From: an uncultured Gammaproteobacteria bacterium
Lineage (GTDB): Bacteria > Patescibacteriota > Microgenomatia > JAMCZE01
NCBI GenBank assembly: GCA_964576435.1
Contig: CAZNUP010000001.1
Coordinates: forward strand, 611,030-675,029
Direction of reading: 5' to 3'
Length of the DNA stretch: 64,000 nucleotides
The notes below the pieces were generated by a model. The model ran no database searches. It was not told where the DNA came from and saw nothing but the letters and a program-made list of their open reading frames with translations. Made by a program: the position numbers and the translations under genes. Positions 10,225 to 19,789 of this stretch are shown piece by piece (positions within the stretch are counted from its first letter, which is position 1; each line of letters starts with the position of its first letter).

Positions 10225-11570
10225 TGACATTAAATTTTGCCAGTGCAACTAAGTCTTTGCGGAGCAATTTCCGTCTTCTTGGCTCATATCTAAAAGTTAA
10301 CTGGAAGCTTTTCTTAGCGAGCCTTTGTATAGGCCTCTTAGCAATCTATTTCTTACCTCGTCTTCCGCAACTTTTACCAAAGAGTAAAGATACGGTAGGT
10401 ATTGTAGGAAATTTTACAATTGGTTCACTCCCTCTAGAGATCCAAAAAGAAATTAGTTTTGGACTGACTAAACTTGGTCCAGATCAAGCAGCTACTAGTG
10501 GTGCTGCAATTTCTTGGACCGCAACCGACTCAGGCAAAGTATTCGTCTTTAAACTTGATCCTAATCTTTTTTGGCAAGATGGCACAAAATTCGATACCAG
10601 CCAAGTAAATTACAGTTTAAAAGGAGTTAGTGTCAAAAGACTTTCGCTATCTGAAATTGAATTTAAGTTTCAAAAACCATTCGCCCCGCTTCCCGCAGTG
10701 GTTTCTCAACCCATCTTCAAAAACGGTCTAGTGGGTCTGGGAGATAACAAACTTGAATCAGTAAAATTTAATGGCAAATTCTTAAGCGAGTTAACTTTAG
10801 AAAATCAAAAAACAGGGGAGCACAAAACCTATAAATTTTACCCCACTGAAGCTGAAGCCGCTACTGCTTTAAAACTAGGTTCAGTTAGAAAAGTTGAACG
10901 TTTACATGATGATTTCGACTTAGCTAATGAGCCACATTTCAAAGTTACTTCAGCAACCAGCAGTGGCACAGTAGCGGCCCTCTTTTTAAATCTAAATAAA
11001 GGAAAATTTAATGACAAAGCCTTTAGACAAGCTCTTGACTACGCCCTCCCAGACACCTTTGAGAACGGGTCTGTGGCCTATTCTAGTATCCAAGACACAA
11101 ACTGGGCTCGTGGTGATGATGTAAAACCCTATGTGCAAAACTTAGAGTTGGCAAAAGAAGCACTTGGCGGAAATGCAACTGGAAGTGCAGCTAAAAAAAC
11201 GCCGATTATTATAAGTACTGTCGCTGAACTGAAACCAGTTGCTGAAACAATTGCTAAAGCCTGGACTAAGGCCGGTCAACAAACCAAAGTTGAAACAGCG
11301 GGCCTTTTACCACCGTCATTTGATGTCTATTTAAGCTATATGACAATTCCACCAGACCCTGATCAATATGCTCTTTGGCATTCAACTCAAAGAGGAAATA
11401 TTGCCAGCTACAATAGTCCTAAAGTAGACAAGCTTCTTGAAGAAGGTAGACAAACTCTAGACCCTAAGGAAAGAAAAAGAATTTATGGTGAGTTTCAAAA
11501 GGCTTTGTCTGAAGACCTGCCTGCTATTTTCCTATTCTATCCAAAGCTCTATACCATTGAACGTACATGA
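10224..11570 (+). CDS. ABC transporter substrate-binding protein, family 5
   Basis: N-terminal TM, FWQDGTKF motif, C-terminal YNSPKVDKLLEEGR..ED.PAIFLF. Confidence 0.85.
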   Translation: MTLNFASATKSLRSNFRLLGSYLKVNWKLFLASLCIGLLAIYFLPRLPQLLPKSKDTVGIVGNFTIGSLPLEIQKEISFGLTKLGPDQAATSGAAISWTATDSGKVFVFKLDPNLFWQDGTKFDTSQVNYSLKGVSVKRLSLSEIEFKFQKPFAPLPAVVSQPIFKNGLVGLGDNKLESVKFNGKFLSELTLENQKTGEHKTYKFYPTEAEAATALKLGSVRKVERLHDDFDLANEPHFKVTSATSSGTVAALFLNLNKGKFNDKAFRQALDYALPDTFENGSVAYSSIQDTNWARGDDVKPYVQNLELAKEALGGNATGSAAKKTPIIISTVAELKPVAETIAKAWTKAGQQTKVETAGLLPPSFDVYLSYMTIPPDPDQYALWHSTQRGNIASYNSPKVDKLLEEGRQTLDPKERKRIYGEFQKALSEDLPAIFLFYPKLYTIERT

Positions 11571-11582
11571 TAAAATTAAGAT

Positions 11583-11801
11583 ATGAAGAAGCTAAAACTT
11601 ATCGATCTAACTAAAGTACTAAAACCATTTAAGAGTGGTTGGGTAGCTCTTTCCGAAGACCGTAAAAAAGTTATCGCTCACGGTGAAAGTATAAACGAGG
11701 TAGACAAAAAAGCTAAAAAAACCGGAGAAAACTATATTTTCCATAAAGTAGTTCCAAGGGGTGCCGTACTTCTACCCACGCTTTTTAGAAAAGTTAAATG
11801 A
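11583..11801 (+). CDS. DUF5678-like small protein
   Basis: 'GWVALSED..KVIAHG' motif; ATGA-coupled to next gene. Confidence 0.7.
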   Translation: MKKLKLIDLTKVLKPFKSGWVALSEDRKKVIAHGESINEVDKKAKKTGENYIFHKVVPRGAVLLPTLFRKVK

Positions 11802-12199
11802 CAACACCATTTAGCAAATACCCCGCGGGTGATGAAAAAACCACAATTATAAAGCCAGTAATCACCGTCAGGTTAATTGGACCAAAGAAGTTCCAGGAAA
11901 TCGAAGCAATAATTGATTCTGGTGCTGATCATTCAATTTTTGACATGGATTTTGCAAAAAACCTTGGCCTAAGTTTTACGAAAGCCAAAGTGGAACCTTT
12001 TAGTGGAATAGGAAAAGGCACTATAAAGGTCTTTACAATCCCTGTTGAGATTCAAGTAGTTGGAATAGACAAAAAAGTAACAATTCCAATTGGTTTTGTA
12101 AAATCTCCCAGTTTTCCGCCTCTTCTTGGCCTAGATGGGTTTTTCGACAATTTTGTTATAAAGTTTGATAAAGCGCATAATATAATAGATATAAATTAA
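11798..12199 (+). CDS. Retropepsin-like (clan AA) aspartyl protease
   Basis: IIDSGAD catalytic motif and LLG..GFFD.F flap motif. Confidence 0.85.
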   Translation: MTTPFSKYPAGDEKTTIIKPVITVRLIGPKKFQEIEAIIDSGADHSIFDMDFAKNLGLSFTKAKVEPFSGIGKGTIKVFTIPVEIQVVGIDKKVTIPIGFVKSPSFPPLLGLDGFFDNFVIKFDKAHNIIDIN

Positions 12200-12200
12200 T

Positions 12201-12533
12201 ATGGACCAACCACTAAGTCACCAAAAATGTGTTCCTTGTGAAGGAGGAACTGAACCACTGAAGATAGAGGAAATTAACAAGTACAAACTTCAACTAAAGC
12301 TTCCTTGGCAAATTGATGGCAACAAGAAAATGAGCTATGAGTTTAAATTTAAAGATTTTAAAGAAGCGATGATTTTTGTAAATAAAGTAGCAGATATAGC
12401 AAACGAGGAAGGTCATCATCCAGATATCTATATTTATTACAACAAAGTCAAAATTGAGTTAACAACACATAATATAGGAGGCCTAAGTGTCAACGATTTT
12501 ATTATGGCTGTTAAAATTGAGGCTCTACTATGA
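12201..12533 (+). CDS. phhB: Pterin-4-alpha-carbinolamine dehydratase
   Basis: CVPCEGG, EGHHPDI, LTTH..GGLS.NDF. Confidence 0.92.
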   Translation: MDQPLSHQKCVPCEGGTEPLKIEEINKYKLQLKLPWQIDGNKKMSYEFKFKDFKEAMIFVNKVADIANEEGHHPDIYIYYNKVKIELTTHNIGGLSVNDFIMAVKIEALL

Positions 12534-13024
12534 TTGATCCAAACATTAAAAAAGCCAGAAAAATAATTTCTGAAATTTTGTATATCACTATAGCAACTAC
12601 AGACGGTAAACAACCTTGGAATTCTCCTGTTTACTCAGCTTTTGACACAAATTACAATTTCTATTGGGCTTCAAATCAAAACAGTCAGCATTCTAAAAAT
12701 ATCAAGAATAACACTAGTATTTTTATTGTAATTTACGATTCCACTGCCCCAGAAGGAACAGGCGAGGGAGTTTATATCCAAGCAAAAGCCACTATGCTTA
12801 CAAAAGAAGAAGAAATTTTCGATGCTCTAAAAATTTTAGATGAAAGAGTGGGAAAAGATAATGAAAGAGATGCGCAAAAGTTTTTAGGGTCCTACCCAAG
12901 ACGCGTTTACAAAGCAGTGCCTGAAAATTTTTGGATAAATGGCGACGGCAGCATTAACGGTAATTATATTGATATCCGTATGGAAGTGAATTTGTCTAAA
13001 GAGAAAGAATATGAAAAGCTTTAA
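12530..13024 (+). CDS. Pyridoxamine 5'-phosphate oxidase-like FMN-binding protein
   Basis: TIAT..G.PW.SPVY, S.HSKNI motifs. Confidence 0.8.
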   Translation: MIDPNIKKARKIISEILYITIATTDGKQPWNSPVYSAFDTNYNFYWASNQNSQHSKNIKNNTSIFIVIYDSTAPEGTGEGVYIQAKATMLTKEEEIFDALKILDERVGKDNERDAQKFLGSYPRRVYKAVPENFWINGDGSINGNYIDIRMEVNLSKEKEYEKL

Positions 13025-13026
13025 TT

Positions 13027-13839
13027 ATGACAAAAAATAGTGGTTCTGCCATAACTATTCTAACTATTGCAGGTCTTTGCATAGCAATTGGTCTAGCTGG
13101 TGGCATTGCTCTCCAAAACGGACAAATAATTAAGCAGCCAAAAAAACCAGTTGTTTCAGCCTCTCCAACAAAAAAACCTACAATATCAGCTAGCCCCACA
13201 GCAACCCCAAGTTCTCAAGTTTTATTAGAATCAAAAACTCAACCTTCAGGTTTAATTGCACTTCACATTGACGCAATTGACTACAGTGAAGGCCATCCAG
13301 CAGGACTGGTTCCAACTGCTAAAGTTAAACTATTTGACGCAAATAACAACTTCATAAAAGAAACTCTTCCAACTCCTCACATTCAAAACGGCCCAGTAGG
13401 TACTGGTGGCGACGCTGTTTTTTATGTTTTGCCAGGAACATACAATATCGAGGCTGATGCTGGAAACATGTCAGGAACTTGCAATGTCACTGTGCGGACG
13501 ACCACAGAGTTTAATTCATGTGCTATCTATATGGTTAGTAAAAAGGTTCATATAAATGGTAAATATTTTGACGACTCCAATAATAACGGTCAACAAGATG
13601 GTGGTGAAGGAGTAATGGGCGGAAAAACTATCTATTTTATTTTCACCAACAACCAAGGTCAAACTTACAGCGCTGGTCAAACTAAGACTGACTCACAAGG
13701 CAATTATTCAATCGACCTTCCATACACTGGTACATTTTATGCCTATGCTGACTATGAAGGTGGAAACGGTCAACCAAGGAGTTCCTCAGTCAAACTAAAT
13801 GGTGGGGAATCAGCGACATTGAATGTTACAAAACATTAA
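13027..13839 (+). CDS. Membrane-anchored surface protein with SdrD B-like/Cna-B domain
   Basis: N-terminal TM, P/T/S linker, 'FDDSNNNGQQDGGE..TKTDSQGNY'. Confidence 0.65.
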   Translation: MTKNSGSAITILTIAGLCIAIGLAGGIALQNGQIIKQPKKPVVSASPTKKPTISASPTATPSSQVLLESKTQPSGLIALHIDAIDYSEGHPAGLVPTAKVKLFDANNNFIKETLPTPHIQNGPVGTGGDAVFYVLPGTYNIEADAGNMSGTCNVTVRTTTEFNSCAIYMVSKKVHINGKYFDDSNNNGQQDGGEGVMGGKTIYFIFTNNQGQTYSAGQTKTDSQGNYSIDLPYTGTFYAYADYEGGNGQPRSSSVKLNGGESATLNVTKH

Positions 13840-13891
13840 TGGATCGTCAGTTGAATTGTCTTAGCATGTCTGTTATCTTGATCTCCGCGTC

Positions 13892-15277
13892 ATGCTTCCA
13901 AAAAAAATTGCTTTCGTAGACATAGAAACTACTGGAACTTCCCTTTATAGAGATAGGATCATTGAAATTGGGATTCTCCGAGTAGAGGACAATAAACTAG
14001 TTGATACCTATAAAACACTCATTAACCCTGAAGCTTATCTTCCAGAAGAAATTACAATGATTACTGGGATTACTTCAAAAGACCTGGAAGATGCACCAAT
14101 TTTTGGAAGTGTAAAAAAAGATGTTCAAAAAATATTAAAAGACTGTGTATTTGCAGCCCACAACGCTAGGTTTGATTATGGCTTCATTAAAACTGAGCTA
14201 AAACGAGAAGGGGTTGCCTATAGAGCCAAAAACTTATGCACAGTTAAGTTATCAAGAGGGTTATACCCCCAATACACAAGACACGGATTAGATTTTTTGA
14301 TTGAAAGATTCGGCTTTAGAATTAAAACTCGCCATAGAGCTTTCGACGATGCTGAAATATTGTGGAAATTTTATCAGGTGATTTCAAAAGATTTCTCGGA
14401 AAACGAATTAACTGAAGCAGTGGACAGGGTTTTGAGAAAACCTTCACTTCCTATGAATCTCTCTGAAGAAACATTAGATAAACTCCCGGAAGCTCCAGGT
14501 GTCTATATTTTCTACGGACAAGACGGCATGCCATTATATGTAGGTAAATCTATTAATATCCACGATAGAGTACTGTCCCATTTTTCAGATGACACGAGGT
14601 TAAGTAAAGAAATGAAACTTTCTCAACAAGTAGCAAGTATTGAAACAATTGAAACAGCTGGAGAACTAGGCGCGCTTCTTAAAGAAGCTCAACTAGTTAA
14701 AGACCTCCAACCCCTCTATAATCGTCAACTTCGCTATGCAAGAAAAATGATCATAATTAAGAGGCAACCTGGAAAATATAATGGCGCAAAAATTGAAGAG
14801 ACTGAAAATATTGAAGCAAATGACATGGACGAAATATTGGGCTTATTCCGCTCCCAAAAACAAGCGAAAGAATTTTTAATAGAAATTGCAAAAGAGCATA
14901 ACTTATGCGAAAAACTGCTGGGATTAGAAAAAGGAAAGAGTGAATGTTTTGCATATAGACTAGGAAAATGTAATGGCGCCTGTAAAGAAGTGGAAAATCC
15001 AATTTTTTACAATGGGAGATTTACAATTGCCTTTTCAAAATCCAAATTAAGAAGGTGGCCCTTTGAAGGCCCAATAGCAATTGAAGAAAACAACCTTGAC
15101 TCTAAAGAGAGACATATCATTGATAATTGGTGTTACCTAGGAACTCAGAAAGAAGGACAGGAGGAATTAAATAAAGATATAAAGTTTGATCTAGATACAT
15201 ACAAAATTTTATCAAGACACATAAATACGCTAGATAAGTACGATATCCATCCAGTAAAACTCCAAACAAACCTATAG
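13892..15277 (+). CDS. DEDDh exonuclease (DnaQ-like) fused to GIY-YIG/Cho-like endonuclease
   Basis: DIETTG, AHNARFD, HRAFDD, then PGVYIF..LYVGKS and Cys-rich Cho-type segment. Confidence 0.9.
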   Translation: MLPKKIAFVDIETTGTSLYRDRIIEIGILRVEDNKLVDTYKTLINPEAYLPEEITMITGITSKDLEDAPIFGSVKKDVQKILKDCVFAAHNARFDYGFIKTELKREGVAYRAKNLCTVKLSRGLYPQYTRHGLDFLIERFGFRIKTRHRAFDDAEILWKFYQVISKDFSENELTEAVDRVLRKPSLPMNLSEETLDKLPEAPGVYIFYGQDGMPLYVGKSINIHDRVLSHFSDDTRLSKEMKLSQQVASIETIETAGELGALLKEAQLVKDLQPLYNRQLRYARKMIIIKRQPGKYNGAKIEETENIEANDMDEILGLFRSQKQAKEFLIEIAKEHNLCEKLLGLEKGKSECFAYRLGKCNGACKEVENPIFYNGRFTIAFSKSKLRRWPFEGPIAIEENNLDSKERHIIDNWCYLGTQKEGQEELNKDIKFDLDTYKILSRHINTLDKYDIHPVKLQTNL

Positions 15278-15295
15278 AATTGGTATAATTTCCCA

Positions 15296-15766
15296 ATGGA
15301 ACGGCCCAAACCACTTTTTAACCAAAATAAGGCCATTGCCGTGGTAATTATAATCGGATTGCTTTTAGAAGCAGGTGGATCTTTTCTTCCTCCAATCTAT
15401 TCTTGCGACGTAAGAAAATTAGAACTTAGACAAGATTTTACCCGCTTAAAAATAGATCCACCGCCAAAAGATGATTGGTTTGTTGATGTGTTAGCTGGAA
15501 CAAGTGAACCTCTGACTTCAGGTGCATTTGCAAATTACGGACTACTATCAAACGAATTGGTAGGAATAAGAAATGGAAATTATGTATTTACTACCGATAA
15601 TCCAGAAATCCTCCTAGGAGTAAGATGCACAGAACAAGAAAGAAATAAATTATTATCTAGAATTAAGGATGGCTTCCACAAAAATTTTCGTATTAATCTA
15701 TTACCAAAAAAATTTGTAGGAGAAGACCAAAAAACTAAAATCGATGTCACCTACAACTTAAGATAA
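15296..15766 (+). CDS. Hypothetical membrane-anchored protein
   Basis: N-terminal TM; leaderless TATAAT promoter. Confidence 0.6.
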   Translation: MERPKPLFNQNKAIAVVIIIGLLLEAGGSFLPPIYSCDVRKLELRQDFTRLKIDPPPKDDWFVDVLAGTSEPLTSGAFANYGLLSNELVGIRNGNYVFTTDNPEILLGVRCTEQERNKLLSRIKDGFHKNFRINLLPKKFVGEDQKTKIDVTYNLR

Positions 15767-15777
15767 GAATCTTCAAT

Positions 15778-16374
15778 CTATTTCACAATTACGTGATCCT
15801 TAACCTGAAAGACCGCGGAAGCAGGAACTGTTGGCCGATCTGCCATTGATTGAGTTGGTGTTCTATCTAAATATGAGACAGTAAGATTATAGTTTGGGGT
15901 CATTTGTGCCGAGGCTGTAGCTGAACTTACAATGATTCTATCTCCAAGTGCTGGGGTAGAAGATGTGTATAACACTCCACTTGAAGTAGCATTAAAAAGC
16001 CCCACATGTAAAAACTGTCCTGATCCACCATAATTCACAGCATATGAAGCATAGACATCATAATTATTCACTGATGTTTGTGTCATACCAACCATAGATA
16101 CATATGTCACATATGCTTGGTTTTCTCCCGAAACTGTAGCATTTCCATTGACTAGTTTAACTTTGGTATTAGTGTCAGGAATAATAATTTCTGAATTTTT
16201 AATCCATTCACTAAAGTCAGGAGTCTTTGCCATTTCTTGAATAGTTGTGGGGGTTGGAGAAACTAAAGGAGTAGGTTCACTTTTTGCTGTTAGTTTATTA
16301 ACTCCAATAAATCCAATCGCAGCAACAATTAAAATCACCCCAACAATCAGTAACAAATTATCTATTTTTCTCAC
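15778..16374 (-). CDS. Hypothetical membrane-anchored protein
   Basis: N-terminal TM, PTP linker, 'NYGGSG.F' and 'LGDRI' motifs; GTG start. Confidence 0.7.
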   Translation of the reverse strand: MRKIDNLLLIVGVILIVAAIGFIGVNKLTAKSEPTPLVSPTPTTIQEMAKTPDFSEWIKNSEIIIPDTNTKVKLVNGNATVSGENQAYVTYVSMVGMTQTSVNNYDVYASYAVNYGGSGQFLHVGLFNATSSGVLYTSSTPALGDRIIVSSATASAQMTPNYNLTVSYLDRTPTQSMADRPTVPASAVFQVKDHVIVK

Positions 16375-16411
16375 AAAGCGATCTTAGCATTAACTATGCT
16401 ATATTTTAAAT

Positions 16412-17065
16412 ATGGAAAAAGCAATCGCTGACATTTTACCTTATGCAGTTGCGGTAGCGCTTTCCCCAGTTCCAATTGCAGCTCTTCTTTTAATGCTTCT
16501 TTCTAATAGAGCAAGAATAAACAGTGTTGCTTTTACGATTGGTTGGATAATTGGATTGGCAGTTCTCATTTTTGCTGTTTCTTTTGCAATTAATGTAGCA
16601 GATGGAGCCACCCACACAAACTTAAAACACACCGTTGATATAGTTCTTGGTCTATTTTTAATCTTTATTGCTATAAAAGAGTGGAAAAAACGAGCTAAGC
16701 CTGGTGAGAGTCCTCAAATGCCAAAATGGATGAGTACCGTTGAAACTTTTACACCAGGCAAGGCTTTTGCAATTGGTCTTGCTCTTTCAACTATAAATTT
16801 TAAAAATACTCCTCTTGGAATTGCCGTAGGTGCCAGTCTCAGTCACTATTCATCAACTGATCAAATCGTTGGTTTTATCTCATACCTTTTAATAGCCAGT
16901 TTCACAATTCTTATACCAACCATTGGATTTCTTTTAATGGGCGATAAATTAAAAGGAAGATTACAGAGCCTAAAAAACTGGCTTGTAGCAAATAACGCCA
17001 CTATTATGTTTGTTCTTTTCCTAATTCTGGGAGTCACCATTCTTTCAAAAGGATTAGGAGCTTAA
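16412..17065 (+). CDS. GAP/Sap (DUF2910) family membrane protein
   Basis: 'VALSPVPI', 'PKWM', 'N.KN', 'WL..NN..IM' motifs; about 6 TM. Confidence 0.85.
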   Translation: MEKAIADILPYAVAVALSPVPIAALLLMLLSNRARINSVAFTIGWIIGLAVLIFAVSFAINVADGATHTNLKHTVDIVLGLFLIFIAIKEWKKRAKPGESPQMPKWMSTVETFTPGKAFAIGLALSTINFKNTPLGIAVGASLSHYSSTDQIVGFISYLLIASFTILIPTIGFLLMGDKLKGRLQSLKNWLVANNATIMFVLFLILGVTILSKGLGA

Positions 17066-17167
17066 AAATTCTTGCGGTCTCCATACAAGTTTTTGCTTGT
17101 CTTCAAACTTTTAGAAGTTAATATGCTCATATTATATATTTCTACTGTTTCTTAGGAGGTGAGAATC

Positions 17168-17239
17168 ATGAACGATTCAACTGATAAAGGGGGAAAACAG
17201 AGAATAGATTTGTCTGAAAAAACAGACGATGGTAAGTAA
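17168..17239 (+). CDS. Putative 23-aa small peptide
   Basis: AGGAGGTGA SD, then MNDSTDKGGKQRIDLSEKTDDGK*. Confidence 0.4.
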   Translation: MNDSTDKGGKQRIDLSEKTDDGK

Positions 17240-17264
17240 CTAACCTCCCCCTGGCAGAATTTAC

Positions 17265-17645
17265 TCACTGCCGGGGGGAAAGAAAAAAATTAACTTTTTC
17301 TATCACTTCATCAATTTCAAATGGTTTACTAATAAAGTCATCCGCTCCAACTTGCTTTTGAATTTTCTGAATTTCACTACTAGCACTGACTATAATAATT
17401 GGAATTCTATGTGTCTCCTGTCCAGCCTTAAGTGTCCTTGCCAAACTCTCTCCAGCTTCCTTGTCTCCATCAATCCAAATGTCTAAGATAATTAAATCAG
17501 GCAGGATTGAATTTTGAAGCACTGTCTTAAATGATTGCACATCAGGAAAGCTAAGCACATCGTACCCTTCTTCAGAAAGCAAACTTTTGAGAAGCTGTAA
17601 AATAGCCGTGTCATCTTCTGCAATCGCAATTTTCTTTTTTGCCAT
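17265..17645 (-). CDS. Single-domain response regulator (CheY-like)
   Basis: EDD, LIILD, SKPF receiver motifs. Confidence 0.92.
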   Translation of the reverse strand: MAKKKIAIAEDDTAILQLLKSLLSEEGYDVLSFPDVQSFKTVLQNSILPDLIILDIWIDGDKEAGESLARTLKAGQETHRIPIIIVSASSEIQKIQKQVGADDFISKPFEIDEVIEKVNFFLSPRQ

Positions 17646-17647
17646 AA

Positions 17648-18763
17648 TTATTTCCTCCTAGCATCTGGAATTTTAAAGAAAAACGTAGAGCCTTCCCCCT
17701 TTTTACTAGTTAACCAAATTTCTCCATGGTGCTTTTGAATAATTGCTGCTGAAATATAAAGCCCAAGACCAAGCCCTCTTGTTGGACGTGCTGGATCAGC
17801 ACTTTGAAAAAATTGATCAAAAATATGTTTTTGATCCCCTTCATCGATACCAATTCCAAAATCTTGTATAGAGACCACTAATTCACCAGCTTCTTCCTTA
17901 GCTGTTATGATTATTTTCTTAGTGGGCAATGAATACTTAACAGCATTTGAAATCAAATTAGATAAAACCTGCCCAATTCTTGTTTGATCTGCTTTTACCG
18001 TCATCTCATCACATCTGGCAATTATAATTCTGTGATGTTCAACGGATGGTTCAAGCCCATGAACAGTCTTTTCAATTAATTCTCGAACAGAAAACTCAGT
18101 TTTAGAAATTTCAAGTTTTCCCGTCCTAATTTTTGTCGTATCCAAGAAATCAACAACTAAAATAGTTAACCGGTCAACCTGCTCCTTCATATATCCTAGA
18201 TACTCAACCACTTTTGGATCCCGACTCTTCTTAAGCTTTTTCTGTAAAAGTTCATTAAATCCTTTAATTGATGTCAGAGGTGTCCTAATTTCATGACTAG
18301 CAAGAGCAATAAACTCATCTCGTTGGTCTCTTGATCTTTCAGCTTCCTCACGAGCTTTATGTTCATATGACAAAAGTTTGGCTCTCTCTTCAGCAGCATT
18401 TAATCTAGACTGAGCAAAAAACCCTAAGACCACACCTTCAATTGCAAAGACTGCCATCTGTAAACTTAAATCTTTTCCAGGTGGCACAAATATCAATCCA
18501 TTTACCGAAAAGCACATTAAAATTGAAGATAAAACTGTAGCCACAATAGTTGGTCCAAGACCACCTGATATTGCCGTCAGAGTAATCGCTAAAAAATACA
18601 ATAAAAATGGCGCTTCAGAACCAGCAAGATAATTGTGCCAAAACAGATTTACAATAAAAGCTAAAAGAGGTAATAAAAGCCCAGTACCATATCTAATAAC
18701 CATCGTCCAAACTGTGGGCCCTTTAGCTTCTCGAAGAATCTTAAGTTTAATAGGATTTGTCAT
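17648..18763 (-). CDS. Sensor histidine kinase (DUF4118-type TM input)
   Basis: ASHEIRTPL H-box, N-box NAVKY, G-boxes DFGIG and GLGLGL. Confidence 0.93.
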   Translation of the reverse strand: MTNPIKLKILREAKGPTVWTMVIRYGTGLLLPLLAFIVNLFWHNYLAGSEAPFLLYFLAITLTAISGGLGPTIVATVLSSILMCFSVNGLIFVPPGKDLSLQMAVFAIEGVVLGFFAQSRLNAAEERAKLLSYEHKAREEAERSRDQRDEFIALASHEIRTPLTSIKGFNELLQKKLKKSRDPKVVEYLGYMKEQVDRLTILVVDFLDTTKIRTGKLEISKTEFSVRELIEKTVHGLEPSVEHHRIIIARCDEMTVKADQTRIGQVLSNLISNAVKYSLPTKKIIITAKEEAGELVVSIQDFGIGIDEGDQKHIFDQFFQSADPARPTRGLGLGLYISAAIIQKHHGEIWLTSKKGEGSTFFFKIPDARRK

Positions 18764-18838
18764 ACAAAGTTATTACACTATTATAATTTAAAACACCATC
18801 TTCCGCTCTAGAATACCAATATATAGGGGGTGATAAAG

Positions 18839-19096
18839 ATGGAATTTTTATTATGGATAATCTTTGGAGGCATTGCCGGATGGCTTGCATCATTAATTAT
18901 GCACACCGACGGTTCCCAAGGAACGTTAACTGACATTGTTCTTGGAGTAATTGGTGGTTTTGTTGGTGGATTTTTGATGAATGCAGTAGGATTTGCAGGT
19001 ATAACAGGTTTTAACTTTTACAGTCTAGCAGTTGCAATCCTAGGAGCTGCTTTGCTTATTTGGTTAGGCAGAGTAGTGTTTCATTCTCATGCATAA
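18839..19096 (+). CDS. GlsB/YeaQ/YmgE family stress-response membrane protein
   Basis: 'WIIFGGIAGWLA..DIVLGVIGGFVGG'; GGGGGTGA SD before ATG 18839. Confidence 0.9.
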   Translation: MEFLLWIIFGGIAGWLASLIMHTDGSQGTLTDIVLGVIGGFVGGFLMNAVGFAGITGFNFYSLAVAILGAALLIWLGRVVFHSHA

Positions 19097-19105
19097 AAAG
19101 ATAAA

Positions 19106-19789
19106 ATGCAAACAATGTCAAAATCAATTTTAATAGTCGAGGACGATGAAGGGGTGAGAAAATATTTGCGAGAATTGCTGTCAGAAAATGGTTTCACAGT
19201 AACTCTGGCAACAGACGGAATCGAGGCCATGAATTCGCTGGCTAAACTTCCTCCAGACCTTATCGTCCTCGACTTAGGGTTACCAAATATGTCCGGAGAA
19301 AGTGTTTGTTCAGAAGTTAAGAAAAAATATCCTGGACTACCAATTCTAATCTTAACTGCAAAAGATTCTGTCGCAAGTATTGTTGCTGGGTTAAATCTTG
19401 GAGCCGACGATTACATGACCAAGCCATTTGTTGCTGAGGAACTAATGGCAAGGATTAGAGCAAGGCTCAGACAAACCGGAAACGGTGATGAAAAACTTCA
19501 AGTTGGCGATCTAACTTTGGATCCAAAAACAATGGAGGTAAAACGAGGAAAAACCCTTATTAAACTAACTGCTCAGGAATATAAACTTCTCCATTACTTA
19601 GTGACCAATAAAGGACAGGTTTTAACAAGAGAAATGATTTTAAATAGAGTCTGGCTCTATTCACCAGACATTGAAAGTAGGGTAGTAGATATTTATATCG
19701 GTTATTTGAGAAATAAAATAGACAAAGGGCAAAAAAAGGAACTTATTAAAAGTATTAGAGGATTTGGTTATACAATTAAGGAAGACTAG
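19106..19789 (+). CDS. OmpR/PhoB family response regulator
   Basis: Receiver domain plus wHTH (VVDIYIGYLRNKID..RGFGY). Confidence 0.95.
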   Translation: MQTMSKSILIVEDDEGVRKYLRELLSENGFTVTLATDGIEAMNSLAKLPPDLIVLDLGLPNMSGESVCSEVKKKYPGLPILILTAKDSVASIVAGLNLGADDYMTKPFVAEELMARIRARLRQTGNGDEKLQVGDLTLDPKTMEVKRGKTLIKLTAQEYKLLHYLVTNKGQVLTREMILNRVWLYSPDIESRVVDIYIGYLRNKIDKGQKKELIKSIRGFGYTIKED

